A stretch of 64,000 nucleotides of DNA from Desulfatiglandales bacterium (GCA_963667015.2 CAXXJJ010000003.1:96001-160000); one strand, 5' to 3'. Shown: positions 46,099 through 57,396, counted from the stretch's first letter. Notes: generated by a model not told the origin, from the letters alone. Program-made: numbers and translations.

Positions 46099-49000
46099 TT
46101 AATTTATTTCCCTCGCGGCCTTGTCCCTCTCTGCAGCAAGGTACAAATAGTCCGGATCAAGCACAACCTTTGCCGGCCTTGCCGGAAGCACAAAATCATG
46201 CAGGTTTGTTCCTGTCTCAAGTACAATTTTACGAATGCCGAAGCATTTATTATTTTCATCCATGAAAGCGACTGTTACCGGAAATCTTCCGGATGCTTCG
46301 GTCATGTTTCCTATGCCATCCATTTGTCCTCTGGCAGATTTGACTTCAATGGATAATTTTTTGTTTTTATATTCTGCTCTGTTAATGGTCATGGAGTACT
46401 GCATACGTTTTGTAAAACATTCCTCCGCAAAGGTGTGAATATCTTCAGGCAGTACCTTTAAAAGGTCATTGTAAAAATCATGGGATACCATAAACTCAAA
46501 TCCGGGCCGGCTGTATGTAGACTCCAGCCAGGCCTTGAGCCAGGTATCAAAATCCCTTTTGCCCCATCTGTGTGATATGGCCCTCAGGACCAGTCCGCCT
46601 TTATTTCTTGAAACATAGATTTCCTCGTCCACATTCAATAAAGATTTTTCGCTTATCTCCTCTTCACCTTTACCCTCCTGGTAATCTTCAAAGTTATCCT
46701 CCAGCCACACTGCAGTTCTATCAATGCCAAAGGTCTCTTCCATAAATGACAGGGCAAGGTATTCGGGTATGGTTTCTGTAAAAAACTCCGCTCCCTGAAC
46801 ATCCGCGGGTGTTATCCTGCTGTAAACCCACTGGCGGGCCAGTTCTCTTGCTATGGTATAGTAGATGTATTCCCTGTCCTCCGGTTCTTTGATGTCCGCT
46901 GTCCAGCCGTGTTTTTCAGAAATGGCAAGGACGTTTGAAAAGGTAACAAAGTCATCATCAAAAAAGGTCTTTTCCACAACCTTGAGTTCACTGTAGGGAT
47001 AGTGGCCAAGAGTATCGGAAAACCATGAAAAGATTTTTGTGACTGCTGACTCAAGACATTCAATGTTGTAGGCATGTGGCGGATAAAACATGATTGATAC
47101 GGGAGTGCCATAAGCCTCAAAGTTGCGAATGTCATATGCCGACCCTGCTATCCTGAAATCAAGGTGACCGGGTTTTTCCGAAACATACTGTGTAAATTTG
47201 CGGCTCTCAATTTTCCATGACTTTTTCTGTTTTCCGGGAGCCGCGACAATCCACTCGTCAGGCGCACTTATTGTAATGTCCCATGTAACAGTGTCCGCCT
47301 GATCCGAAAACATGGAATTCTTTAGTGCAAAAACATTGTCCCGGGGTCTGGTTCTTGATTCAATTTTAGTAAGCCCCTGTTCTATTCTGTCCTTGTTGTT
47401 TGTGAGGCGTCTGTCCTCGTCATAGCCGAAATAAGGCAGGATATCTGTCTCAAGAAATGCTGTTTTTGTTGTGAGGTCAGCCTGTGGATCGTTCTGATGA
47501 AATCCCTCATATTTAAGGCTGGCAGCAACTAAAAGATCCATTGTTTCGCCCGGTAAAAGGGCAGGGGAGATACTGTAAACCGTATGTCTCAGTTCTTTGT
47601 TTTCATTGGTATTTACAAGGTTTCGACTGGCTTCAAGTTTTTCTATGGTCAGAAAGTCGCGCAGATCTACATGAAGTTTAGCAATGGGCGAATCGCTTTT
47701 ATTTACAAGTAAGAGTTTTGCCTCATAAGAGGCTGTCCTGTCTTCAGGATAGATATCCAGATTAAGGGATATGTCTTCGATCTTGGGTTGTGCTGTTTCA
47801 GCGATAGCCCCATAGGTTCTTTCATATTCTGCATCCTCTGCGTTTTCCTGATCAATGGTCTGGAACTGTGCCTTTGCCATGAGATTATAGTGTATGCCCC
47901 ATTCACAGAAAACAAACAGCGCAGCCAGGAGGGCCATGGTCCCGCACACACGAGGCGTAAATCTTTTTTTTGCAGCTTTCAAACGTTCTTTAAAAGGACG
48001 TTCAGTGCCCCGGGTCCAGAAAAGGTTGGCTGTAATAAACAGTATTGCGGCCAGTGATGCCCAGGCTATGGCGTACCAGGGCATGGCCTTTTCAAAAACG
48101 CCGTATCCTATCATGTCCGAATAATCAAGAGAGCCTGGAACAATAGGATAGGCAAACCGGATCTGTTCGAGCAGGTCCAGGTCAAGGGTGATCAGGGTGG
48201 CCAGAAAAAAAGAAACAGCAAGTATATGCCCTTTGAACCTGTTTGCAAAAACAGACCCGAAGAAAAAGGCCAGGGCTATTAACTCAAGCAGTGTCAGCCA
48301 TCCTATGCGGGGGCCAAAAAGGTCTTCTATATAAAGAAGCCAGTTGATATCTGTAAAGCCTGACATAAGCTGGGCCGCGAGTCCTGTTGCAAAGGCCATT
48401 GTCATGAGGGTAAGGGCAACAAGTGCCTGGGTTATAAATTTAGAAACAGGAAAAAGCCAGTTGGGAGCGGGCATTGCATCAACAATCTGCCAGACTCCGG
48501 ATGCACGTTCCCTGAACAAAAACTCCACAGCCAGGACAATCATCACTATCCCGAGCATGACTGTCATTGGAATACGTGCATAAGTTATGGTATAGGTGAG
48601 CGGAAGGTGACTTGTGGTTATATAGTACTGGCTGGTCCACACAAGGTGGGTAAGAAGAAAACTCAGGAAAAAGAGTACCATTGCAAAACGGAAAAATGCG
48701 CTTCTTGAAATACTTTTAAAGTCTGCCCATGCAAAACGAAAGGCCCTTAAAAGCATGGGAATGCTGTCATATGACATGACTGCAGGCGGTATGTTATTTG
48801 AAAAAATTGCTGCAGGATCAAGCTGTTCTGTTTGTGCTGCCTTTTTCTTTGACGCCTTTGCTATAAAATACTTGAAATCAAAACGCCACAGCGCAGAAAA
48901 AAACAGCACAAGGGAAACGGAAAACCATATGATCCTGTTTGCTATCACGGATGGAATCATGGGAAGGTATGCCGTGTTTCTTTCTGCTATTCCAAGGCTG

Positions 49001-49653
49001 TCAACTGTATCCATTACACCTGTCCAGCCGAATGGTTCAATCAGATGGACGATAGTGTCGTAGTGGGTTTCTCCCCGAACAAAATCTCCCAGCATAATCA
49101 GGACCATTATAAAAAGCGCGCCCACATAGGCAGAGCCTGACCGCCTTGTGAATGATATAAGAAAAAAGGCAAGGGATACCATGAAGATAAGATTGGGAAT
49201 GGTAAATACAAGAAGCGCATGACATATCTGCCCCCAGGGCACAGGGCCGTACTGTTCGGGAGTGCCGAAACCAAGATAGGGAACAATGAGCATACCGAGA
49301 GGAAAACCCATCAGGAGAATAAAACCTATAACCAGTGAACAGAGATATTTTGCTGCGAAATATTTTTTATCCTTTGAAACCTTTGAAAACAGCCCCTCTG
49401 CTGTCGCGGATTCAATGTCCCTTGCAAGGGAGTTTACGGATATTACGACAATTATTATAATACCGATCATACCCATGACAGACAGGTTCTGATAAAAGGT
49501 AGAGGCTGCATTAAGGAGTGTGTTTGCATTGCCGTAATACTCCGTGCTTTCAAAGGAGTACCATATGCCCTGAATCATCATAATGCCTATGAGAATATAT
49601 GTGAAAGGCCTTTTATAATTGTACAGGAATTCAAAATTAAATATTGTTTTCAT
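46099..49653 (-). CDS. ABC-2-type permease fused to M1 aminopeptidase-like domain lacking HEXXH
   Basis: Two TM bundles then soluble domain with HYPYSELKVVE, TIARELARQW, YVSRNKGGLVL. Confidence 0.78.
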   Translation of the reverse strand: MKTIFNFEFLYNYKRPFTYILIGIMMIQGIWYSFESTEYYGNANTLLNAASTFYQNLSVMGMIGIIIIVVISVNSLARDIESATAEGLFSKVSKDKKYFAAKYLCSLVIGFILLMGFPLGMLIVPYLGFGTPEQYGPVPWGQICHALLVFTIPNLIFMVSLAFFLISFTRRSGSAYVGALFIMVLIMLGDFVRGETHYDTIVHLIEPFGWTGVMDTVDSLGIAERNTAYLPMIPSVIANRIIWFSVSLVLFFSALWRFDFKYFIAKASKKKAAQTEQLDPAAIFSNNIPPAVMSYDSIPMLLRAFRFAWADFKSISRSAFFRFAMVLFFLSFLLTHLVWTSQYYITTSHLPLTYTITYARIPMTVMLGIVMIVLAVEFLFRERASGVWQIVDAMPAPNWLFPVSKFITQALVALTLMTMAFATGLAAQLMSGFTDINWLLYIEDLFGPRIGWLTLLELIALAFFFGSVFANRFKGHILAVSFFLATLITLDLDLLEQIRFAYPIVPGSLDYSDMIGYGVFEKAMPWYAIAWASLAAILFITANLFWTRGTERPFKERLKAAKKRFTPRVCGTMALLAALFVFCEWGIHYNLMAKAQFQTIDQENAEDAEYERTYGAIAETAQPKIEDISLNLDIYPEDRTASYEAKLLLVNKSDSPIAKLHVDLRDFLTIEKLEASRNLVNTNENKELRHTVYSISPALLPGETMDLLVAASLKYEGFHQNDPQADLTTKTAFLETDILPYFGYDEDRRLTNNKDRIEQGLTKIESRTRPRDNVFALKNSMFSDQADTVTWDITISAPDEWIVAAPGKQKKSWKIESRKFTQYVSEKPGHLDFRIAGSAYDIRNFEAYGTPVSIMFYPPHAYNIECLESAVTKIFSWFSDTLGHYPYSELKVVEKTFFDDDFVTFSNVLAISEKHGWTADIKEPEDREYIYYTIARELARQWVYSRITPADVQGAEFFTETIPEYLALSFMEETFGIDRTAVWLEDNFEDYQEGKGEEEISEKSLLNVDEEIYVSRNKGGLVLRAISHRWGKRDFDTWLKAWLESTYSRPGFEFMVSHDFYNDLLKVLPEDIHTFAEECFTKRMQYSMTINRAEYKNKKLSIEVKSARGQMDGIGNMTEASGRFPVTVAFMDENNKCFGIRKIVLETGTNLHDFVLPARPAKVVLDPDYLYLAAERDKAAREIN

Positions 49654-49659
49654 TGTAGA

Positions 49660-50556
49660 TTACGCTGCCTTTCTCTCTTCACTGAAAGAGCCCGGGCCGA
49701 TAACTGCAAAATATGCATCCTCAAGGTCCGGTACCTTTGAAGAGAATGAAGAATCCGGCTGTTCATGGCTGAAGACATCCACTGTCATGTGGCCCTGTAC
49801 AAGGCGGGAGGATGCAACCGAATAATTTTTTTCGTACTCGGGAAGTTCTTTCCTGTCTATCTTCTTTTCCCATATTTTGCCCTTAACCCGTCCTATGAGA
49901 TCTTTCGGAGCGCCACGGTAAAGAACTTCACCATTACCTATAACCGCCATGTCGCTGCACAGTGTTGTGATATCTTCAACAATGTGTGTGGAAAGAATAA
50001 CAACTGCCTTTTCTCCCAGTTCGCTTAACAGATTGTGAAATCGTTTTCTTTCGGCTGGGTCAAGACCTGCAGTGGGTTCATCAACTATAATGAGGTCAGG
50101 GTCGCCGACGAGTGCCTGTGCAATGCCGAAGCGCTGTTTCATGCCGCCCGAAAATGTACTGAGTCTTTTGTTTCTTGCCTCGTACAGGTTTACTTTATGT
50201 AGCAGGGCCGTGGTGATATCCTGCCTTTCCTTTTTTGTGGCAACTCCCTTTATGTCCGCAACATACTCGAGCATTTCACGGGCAGTTACATTGTCATATA
50301 CCCCGAACTCCTGGGGCAGGTAACCCAGTCTTTTACGTATCTCCGTAGGGTTGTTAAGCACATCGATATCTCCCAGGTATATGTTTCCCCGGTCCGGGTC
50401 CTGAAGTGTTGCAATTGTGCGCATAAGTGTGGATTTACCGGCACCGTTCTGGCCCAGCAGGCCGAACATGCCTTTTCCGAAAGTAAGATTAATATCCTTA
50501 AGCGCTTTGACCCCGTTAGGATATGTTTTTGAAAGATTATTGATTTTAAGTTCCAT
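49660..50556 (-). CDS. ABC exporter ATP-binding protein
   Basis: GQNGAGKST, FSGGMKQR, IIVDEPT. Confidence 0.92.
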   Translation of the reverse strand: MELKINNLSKTYPNGVKALKDINLTFGKGMFGLLGQNGAGKSTLMRTIATLQDPDRGNIYLGDIDVLNNPTEIRKRLGYLPQEFGVYDNVTAREMLEYVADIKGVATKKERQDITTALLHKVNLYEARNKRLSTFSGGMKQRFGIAQALVGDPDLIIVDEPTAGLDPAERKRFHNLLSELGEKAVVILSTHIVEDITTLCSDMAVIGNGEVLYRGAPKDLIGRVKGKIWEKKIDRKELPEYEKNYSVASSRLVQGHMTVDVFSHEQPDSSFSSKVPDLEDAYFAVIGPGSFSEERKAA

Positions 50557-50569
50557 GATGTTCTCCCGG

Positions 50570-52921
50570 TTAAATATGTGTATTGTTTTCTTTTCCAAAT
50601 GGCCTGAACCTGTTCAAAAGAACCGGTGTCATAAAGTAGTCTGCTGCAAGGGCTGCAAGTATTCCCATAACAACCAGCATTCCCAGGTTTACAAATACCT
50701 TTGCATTTGAAAACAGGTATGCTGAAAAATTCAGGATAAGCACAAGTGATGTTAAAAACAGGGCAGTGCCTACCGTTATAAAAACTTTTTTAGTACTTTC
50801 CCGATAGGTCCCTGTGCGTGAATATTCAAGCTGACTGTGATTTATAAAATGTATGGTGTCATCAACTGCAAGTCCAAGGAGCATGGGCATTATGGTTACT
50901 GTCATCATGTCCAGGGGGATGCCGGCAAGTCCCATGATTCCTCCTACTGCGAGAGCAGGGGAGATGTTCGGGATCATGCCTATGAGACCGGTTTTTATAC
51001 TTCCGAAAACAGCAGACATGAGTACCAGTATCACCAAAATGGCTATTGCGAAAGACTTGATCTGACCCCATGTGACATATTCCATCATAACTGAAAACTG
51101 TGATATGGAGCCTATGAGAAGCACCTTTGCATCAGGAAACAGATCCGCGGCAAAGGCTTCTATCCTGTCCAGTTCATTTTTTATCTCTGCTGAATTGTAG
51201 TCATCAACCTCTACCATAAGCCTTAGCCTCTGATAGTCGTAGTCCACCCATTTTTCAGATTCCACGCCGCCCGCGTTTTCATACAGCAGCAGAAGCTGTG
51301 CAATCATTTCCCTTGTTTCCGGTACAGTGTAAAAGGATGAATCCCCGTTATTGAGTACCTGGTTCATATCTTTTATAATGTCCAGTATGGAACTGACCTT
51401 TTTTGTGAGCCTGAAGTTGTTTACTTCCTCTATCAGACGCTCAAATTTCTCCAGGTTTTCAGGGTCCTTAGCAGCGCCCGGAGTGTTGAATTCAAGGGCA
51501 ACATCATATGAGTAGAGAGAACCCACCTCGGTTTTTCCTATGTAATCAAGTTTGTTGACATAGGGCACCTTGAGCCCGTATGTACGGCGCATATCAGCAG
51601 AAACCTCAAGCCGTGAAATGCCCAGGATGCAGATGACGGTTGCCAGGAGAAAAACAGTAACAGTTACCAGGGGTCTTGAAAGAACCCTGTCGCCCAGGTT
51701 TCCCATCATGCGTTCAATCAGGCGTCCTCCCTTTTTTTCATAAACCGGGTGCGGTTTTCTGTTTTTACCAAAACTCAAAAGAACAGGAAGAAGCACAATT
51801 ATGAGCAGGTATGTTACTGCCACAAGTCCGGCTGCGGTCAACCCTACCCAGCGGATCGGGCGAAGGGGAATAAACATAAAAGAGAGAAGGGCTGCTATGG
51901 TTGTAAGGGCGCTGAACAAGAGGGGCCATCCGGTCTCTTCCACTGCATGCACAATGGAGCTGCGCCTGTCGCCTGTGCGGTAGAATTCCCGTTTATAATA
52001 GTTGAATACATGTATGGAATAACCTATGGCAATGGCCAGGCCAAGGAATACTGGCATGAATATCATGGCTGTGTCTATGCCCATCTTCATATAACCCTGA
52101 ATCCCGAATACTATTACCATTGAACTCACAGCGGTTAAAAGTGGGAACACAACGCCTGTTGCACTGCGAAGAGAAAAGCCTAATACGATAACAGTCAAAA
52201 TCAGTGAGATTCCGAATAGACGAGGGGTCTCCTTTAAAAAAAAGAGGCGCTTTTCATAGTTTATAATGGGAAGACCCGTTGTCTTTGGATGCAGTTCTTT
52301 GTATTTGTCTCTGGCAGCTATCTCATTAACAAGCCTTCCTATGGTTTCTTCGGGATTGACTTCATGTTCCTTTTCCCAGTCATCGGGAATTGTTTTCATT
52401 CTCATCATGACCCATGTCTTTTTGCCGTCTTCGGATACGATCCTGTTTTTCATTGCGGGTTTTGAAAGCGCCATCTCTTTTATGCGCGCGAGCTCTCGGT
52501 TGGAACGGGGCACAGGGTCAGGCACAAGATCTATTATTTCCATGCCTTCTTCTGTGCCGTAGGTGAATTCAAAATCGGTAAGGGATACAATGTCATCGCT
52601 GTAGGGCACTTCCTCAAGAAGCTCTTTTCCCATTTGCCTGATTTTCTCAAGAACAGAGGGTGCAAACACATTGTCCGCTTCAACAAGCACTGCACAGTAA
52701 TCATTGTTGCCGAATATTTCCTCGAAACGGTCTTTTACCTCAAGAAGTACATCGTCTTCCAGAAACCAGTTGTCCATGTCCTCTTCGCTTCTAAGCCCTT
52801 TTAACCCCATAATTGATCCGATGAGCAGTATGAGAAAAAGAACTATACAGATAAATCTGTATTTAAGTATTTTTTCTGCGGTATTTTTAAAAAATTGATT
52901 TATCATTGCTATGTTCAGCAT
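50570..52921 (-). CDS. MMPL/RND-superfamily transporter
   Basis: FSALTTIAALLSF, GLAVDDTIHF. Confidence 0.9.
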   Translation of the reverse strand: MLNIAMINQFFKNTAEKILKYRFICIVLFLILLIGSIMGLKGLRSEEDMDNWFLEDDVLLEVKDRFEEIFGNNDYCAVLVEADNVFAPSVLEKIRQMGKELLEEVPYSDDIVSLTDFEFTYGTEEGMEIIDLVPDPVPRSNRELARIKEMALSKPAMKNRIVSEDGKKTWVMMRMKTIPDDWEKEHEVNPEETIGRLVNEIAARDKYKELHPKTTGLPIINYEKRLFFLKETPRLFGISLILTVIVLGFSLRSATGVVFPLLTAVSSMVIVFGIQGYMKMGIDTAMIFMPVFLGLAIAIGYSIHVFNYYKREFYRTGDRRSSIVHAVEETGWPLLFSALTTIAALLSFMFIPLRPIRWVGLTAAGLVAVTYLLIIVLLPVLLSFGKNRKPHPVYEKKGGRLIERMMGNLGDRVLSRPLVTVTVFLLATVICILGISRLEVSADMRRTYGLKVPYVNKLDYIGKTEVGSLYSYDVALEFNTPGAAKDPENLEKFERLIEEVNNFRLTKKVSSILDIIKDMNQVLNNGDSSFYTVPETREMIAQLLLLYENAGGVESEKWVDYDYQRLRLMVEVDDYNSAEIKNELDRIEAFAADLFPDAKVLLIGSISQFSVMMEYVTWGQIKSFAIAILVILVLMSAVFGSIKTGLIGMIPNISPALAVGGIMGLAGIPLDMMTVTIMPMLLGLAVDDTIHFINHSQLEYSRTGTYRESTKKVFITVGTALFLTSLVLILNFSAYLFSNAKVFVNLGMLVVMGILAALAADYFMTPVLLNRFRPFGKENNTHI

Positions 52922-52940
52922 GATGATTCCTCCTTAAAAT

Positions 52941-54206
52941 CTATTTTGCCTGAAAGCTGTATTTAGCCTTAAACCAGAGCTGTGAATTGTGTTCATATTG
53001 ACCATAGGACCCTGTATCTCCTTCAAAGATGTCCGCGCCCACGGAAAAATTGAGACTGTCCGATGCATCCCAGGCAACATTGAAACGGTCAAAGTATTCC
53101 TGCGCGCTGATATCGTAGTAGACCATGTTTGATATGGTAACTGTCTGACGCAGAACTTTTTTTGAAATATTTAGCGTTGCTGTAAGTTCATGACTGTCCG
53201 CATAAAGAGCCGTATCATGATCAAATATTTTCGTTCCGGTAATCTGGCCTGTGACTGTCCAGTCATTTCCCGGGTACCAGTCTGTACCTGCAAGCCACTT
53301 TATGCTGTCCTTTTTTAAAGGATTGTCATGTATGGATTCCGCAGAAAAGTACCGCCCGGAAAAAAAGGCGGTTTCTCCCCTGAACACAAAGTCTGACCAG
53401 GGTACCGCGCATTCAAGTCCCGCGACTGTCATGCGTTTGTACTGCGGTTTAAAAACGATTTGAGTTGTGTCCCCTGTCTCGTATACATCACGGAACATGA
53501 CCGGATCATCATCCCATGTGTAAAATACCGAAGCTGCCCAGTCCATGCCTGAAAAGTACCCGGATACTTTCATGGCAAGCTCACTGCTGTTTATGCCGGT
53601 ATCAGGCTCATCTGCATTACGGGATGAAATTTCAAAACTTTCGGGATATTCCATTGTAACTGCCCATGGGTTATCTCCCTCCGGCTGAACCGAAGATCTG
53701 AAAACCGGTATCAGAATAAATTCCGTGGTTATATTGTCGCCAAGGAGCCTGAATTTGACAGCGTCAACAGCCATGCGTATTTCATCAAGATCTCTTGTTA
53801 CAGACTCCGTGTAGTCCGGGGGTGAAATATTGTCCGTGATCCTTATGCCGTCTGCCTTGCCCCATATAACTATCTGGCGGCCCAGCCTGATGTCCCAGTT
53901 GTCAGACACGTATTCTGCCCATGCCTCCTGGAGTTCCAGGCCGGTTTCGCTTTTAATCTTGAAATTCTTTTCCACGTCTATTGACACAAACCCGTAAATA
54001 TCATTCAGGTACCCTGATGTTTCCAGCCTTAAACGGGCACGGGAAGTCAGGGTATTATTAGGATCATGCATGCGGACAGACTGTATGGTATCGGCCCATC
54101 CCTTGATCTCAAGACTGTCGGTTATGGAATAAGCCTGTACTGCCCATGCCGCATTTACAATCCAGATAAGGAAAAAAAATAAAACAGCGAGCCTGATAAA
54201 TCTCAT
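52941..54206 (-). CDS. Outer-membrane beta-barrel protein (DUF1302-like)
   Basis: Signal peptide, LQEAW, IRLGRQIVIWGKADG, KYSF near C-terminus. Confidence 0.72.
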   Translation of the reverse strand: MRFIRLAVLFFFLIWIVNAAWAVQAYSITDSLEIKGWADTIQSVRMHDPNNTLTSRARLRLETSGYLNDIYGFVSIDVEKNFKIKSETGLELQEAWAEYVSDNWDIRLGRQIVIWGKADGIRITDNISPPDYTESVTRDLDEIRMAVDAVKFRLLGDNITTEFILIPVFRSSVQPEGDNPWAVTMEYPESFEISSRNADEPDTGINSSELAMKVSGYFSGMDWAASVFYTWDDDPVMFRDVYETGDTTQIVFKPQYKRMTVAGLECAVPWSDFVFRGETAFFSGRYFSAESIHDNPLKKDSIKWLAGTDWYPGNDWTVTGQITGTKIFDHDTALYADSHELTATLNISKKVLRQTVTISNMVYYDISAQEYFDRFNVAWDASDSLNFSVGADIFEGDTGSYGQYEHNSQLWFKAKYSFQAK

Positions 54207-55033
54207 CTTATTTTTCCGCGCTGTATAGCGGACACTGTAAACAGGCTGTCTTTTATGCCTGTGTTGTACTTCATAGCGTCCATCTCAAGTATTGTTTTAT
54301 GACTGCGGGACACATTGTCCATTTCCGATCTAAACACGGTCCAGAACCCGTCATGTTCCCTGTAGTCAACTGCCCTGAAGGTTTTTATGAGGCCGTCCCT
54401 GTCGTAGTATTCAGCCTTAACTGCAAGGTATGCTGACTTTAATATCCATACTACCTTCCGGGTATACATATCGTCTTTGTCTATGGGTACGGATTCAATT
54501 TTCCAGCACAGTTGACCGTTTAACTCCTCTTCACCCAGCAGGGTATGGGTGTCCTCTTCCACGTTACGGTCACCCATATCGTCATAGGTGAAATCGCTTC
54601 CCATGAAATACTCGTTTTTTGAAGCTCCGCTTATGCGGCGCACCTTTTTCATGGCAGGCATGTAAAGCCATTTATCATCTTCCTTTTTAGGGTCGTCATA
54701 CTCCCATGATAAAAAGGCTGTGCCCTTAACATCTGCGGGTTTTTCAAATACCATGACGGACTTTGTGTCCTTCCCGAAATCCTTTGAAAAACTTTTTACT
54801 CCACGAACGCGCTTGCGCCCGCGTTTGTTGATTAATGTCATGGTCATGACAGACCTGCGGTCATCGCCGTCAGGGCGGTCGTCCACAATGGTCATGATCT
54901 CCTTTGCCGACAGTTCTTCTGCACCTGCACCTGCTGCTGAAAATAAAACAAAAAGAATTGCCGCCGTGATCATCCATAAGCTTACGTGTGTTGATTTTTT
55001 ATACATATGTCTTCCTGTTTTAAAAAAGTTCAT
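54203..55033 (-). CDS. Outer-membrane lipoprotein-sorting (LolA-like) protein
   Basis: PADVKGTAFL, DDKWLYMPA, FMGSDFTYDD. Confidence 0.87.
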   Translation of the reverse strand: MNFFKTGRHMYKKSTHVSLWMITAAILFVLFSAAGAGAEELSAKEIMTIVDDRPDGDDRRSVMTMTLINKRGRKRVRGVKSFSKDFGKDTKSVMVFEKPADVKGTAFLSWEYDDPKKEDDKWLYMPAMKKVRRISGASKNEYFMGSDFTYDDMGDRNVEEDTHTLLGEEELNGQLCWKIESVPIDKDDMYTRKVVWILKSAYLAVKAEYYDRDGLIKTFRAVDYREHDGFWTVFRSEMDNVSRSHKTILEMDAMKYNTGIKDSLFTVSAIQRGKIR

Positions 55034-55054
55034 TCATTGTTTCAGTAATTGAAA

Positions 55055-57199
55055 TTAAAAGCGGTAAATTAATCCCGTTCCTATTGTTCTTGGATCTCCG
55101 AAACCGGCCATTGAAATGAGAGAACTGGATTTAAAGGTGGTGATATACTCTTCATCAAAAAGGTTTTTCACGTAGGCATAAATATCCCATTTATCAAATG
55201 AATAACCGATTTTTGCGTCGACAGTCGTGTAGGCATCCTCCTTGACCATTTCCCTATTAACGTCATCATAAAAATAGACTCCTCCCTGGTTTTTCATGTC
55301 CACTCTGGAATAAAGCCCCCGGGGATGAAAATAGGCGATGCCGATATTGGCTGTATGAGAAGGTGTGCATTGGATGTCAAAACCGTTGAAGTTGATACCG
55401 CCTCCCACATCATAGCTGTCATATTCGGTGTCAATAAGGCCAAGTGCTCCATTCAGCTCAATGGTATCGGTCAGACGATATTTCATTTCCAGCTCAATAC
55501 CCATTGAATGAGCCTTCTCTGCATTGGAAGTAAGGTACATTGTGCCTACAGCCTTATAGACATGGATGTTTTTGATATCCATGTGAAACACGGATGCCGC
55601 CATCTGCAGACGGTTAAGTGAGGCCTTTATCCCCATTTCATAGTTGGTTGATTCCTCGGGTTCAAAACAGTTGTCTTCCTCGGTTCCAGCTGTGGCAAAA
55701 AAGTTGAATCCGCCGGGCATATATCCCTGTGAATAGGATGCATATGCTGTCCAGTCATCGTTTATCTGATAGGTAAGCGCTGCCTTAGGCAGGAAATCAT
55801 CCCATGATTTATCTCCTCTGTATTCAAAAGAAGCAGGGCCTGTCATGCCAATAGGAAGGGAATACATCTTCATGTCTATTTCCTTGTCTATTTTCTGGAA
55901 ACGTGCACCAAGGGTCATGTCAAGGCGATCTCCCAGAGGAACAATCGCCTGTCCGAAAACTGCCATGTTTTCGCTGTCTGAAACAGACACTGCATTCATT
56001 TGATAATTGCCGTAAAAAGTTTCTCCGTAATAATAGGGGAATTCCATTCCATAGGGGTCCTGATCATGATCTTCGGTTTCGAGGTACAGGCCGGCAATCC
56101 AGCGTACACCCGTTGTGCTGCTGCTGGAAAGACGCAGTTCCTGTGCCCAGGTATCTGTCTCAGAGTCGCCAAACTGCTTCAGTCCTGCATAAATCGCGTT
56201 GTTTGAGAAATCGGCATCATATGTGCTCTTTACATCCAGGTTTCTGTGTGTGGTTATGGAGGTGATTACTACGGAACCGAAATCATAAGTCAGGTTGAGA
56301 TTCTGGGAATTACTTTCATTTTCGGACTCCGTAGGATAATCATAGTCTGCATATTCAGCGTCGTCCCTGTGAAAATCATTGATACTGGCGCCGCCTGGCA
56401 GGGCAAGTCCCGACAGAAAGTGATTGTTAAGGTAATCGTTTGAAACGGTTAAGCGGGCGCTCAATTGATCTGTGGGTTTGTACAGCAGGTAGGCGCTGAG
56501 TCTCCGGGTTTTATTCTCGCCGGCGTCTTTTTCCATACCTTCGTGTGTGTTTTCAATCCAGCCGTCATCATGTTTGTACTGGCCGTTGATTCCAAGGTAG
56601 AGCGAGTCTTCAACCAGAGCTCCGCTGATGTTAAATGTTCCACGCATCAGATTGAAGCTGCCGTATTCGGCGCCGACCTTTCCATGCCATTCATTTTTGG
56701 GGTCCTTGGTTACTACATTAATGACTCCACCGATGGCATCCTTTCCGTATATGGTTCCCTGAGGGCCGCGCAGCACTTCTATTCTTTCCACATTTGCAAA
56801 AGATGCGTCGTATCCGTAACTGTTGTTGATCGGTACACCATCTATATAAATTACCATGGGATTGGTGTTGGCAAAGAGTGAGGTATTAAGTCCCCTGAAA
56901 TTCATGGCACTGCCATATCCGGGGTTTGCTGCAAACATTATGTTCGGCACCTCATTGAGTAGGTCATCCATATTTTTTATGTTTTTTTCTTCCAGAATGT
57001 ATTCATCCATTAATGTGATGTTTTGTGGAACATCCTGTACATTTTCCTCCATTTTGTTTGCCGTTACTGTGAGTTTTTCAAGCTCAATCATGCTTTTATT
57101 TTCTTTATCAGCACTCCATGAACTAACGGGTAGAAAGGCGATTAATAATCCTGCTGATATCCCCGTAATCATAATCTTTTTTAAGCCCATTATTGACAC
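55055..57199 (-). CDS. TonB-dependent receptor, FyuA-like; close paralog of 2765-4921
   Basis: DASFANVERIEVLRGPQGTIYGKDAIG, GYMPGGFNFFA, C-terminal RF. Confidence 0.92.
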   Translation of the reverse strand: MSIMGLKKIMITGISAGLLIAFLPVSSWSADKENKSMIELEKLTVTANKMEENVQDVPQNITLMDEYILEEKNIKNMDDLLNEVPNIMFAANPGYGSAMNFRGLNTSLFANTNPMVIYIDGVPINNSYGYDASFANVERIEVLRGPQGTIYGKDAIGGVINVVTKDPKNEWHGKVGAEYGSFNLMRGTFNISGALVEDSLYLGINGQYKHDDGWIENTHEGMEKDAGENKTRRLSAYLLYKPTDQLSARLTVSNDYLNNHFLSGLALPGGASINDFHRDDAEYADYDYPTESENESNSQNLNLTYDFGSVVITSITTHRNLDVKSTYDADFSNNAIYAGLKQFGDSETDTWAQELRLSSSSTTGVRWIAGLYLETEDHDQDPYGMEFPYYYGETFYGNYQMNAVSVSDSENMAVFGQAIVPLGDRLDMTLGARFQKIDKEIDMKMYSLPIGMTGPASFEYRGDKSWDDFLPKAALTYQINDDWTAYASYSQGYMPGGFNFFATAGTEEDNCFEPEESTNYEMGIKASLNRLQMAASVFHMDIKNIHVYKAVGTMYLTSNAEKAHSMGIELEMKYRLTDTIELNGALGLIDTEYDSYDVGGGINFNGFDIQCTPSHTANIGIAYFHPRGLYSRVDMKNQGGVYFYDDVNREMVKEDAYTTVDAKIGYSFDKWDIYAYVKNLFDEEYITTFKSSSLISMAGFGDPRTIGTGLIYRF

Positions 57200-57311
57200 T
57201 TCCTCCTTGTAGATTTGTTTTGTTATTCTTTTTAAATTTCAGTGTCCCTGTACCGGACGCATAGGCAATATTGCCGATTAAATTCATGGGCGATATATTT
57301 ATGAAATAAAA

Positions 57312-57325
57312 TTAGAATGGACTAA
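57312..57325. promoter_or_regulatory. DtxR-type box
   Basis: TTAGAATGGACTAA upstream of receptor start 57199. Confidence 0.72.
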
Positions 57326-57396
57326 CTTAGCATTTAGATTTTTAAAATGCTGTCTATGGAAGAAAAAAAATTGTCGGAGGAAAAAAATAGTATTTA

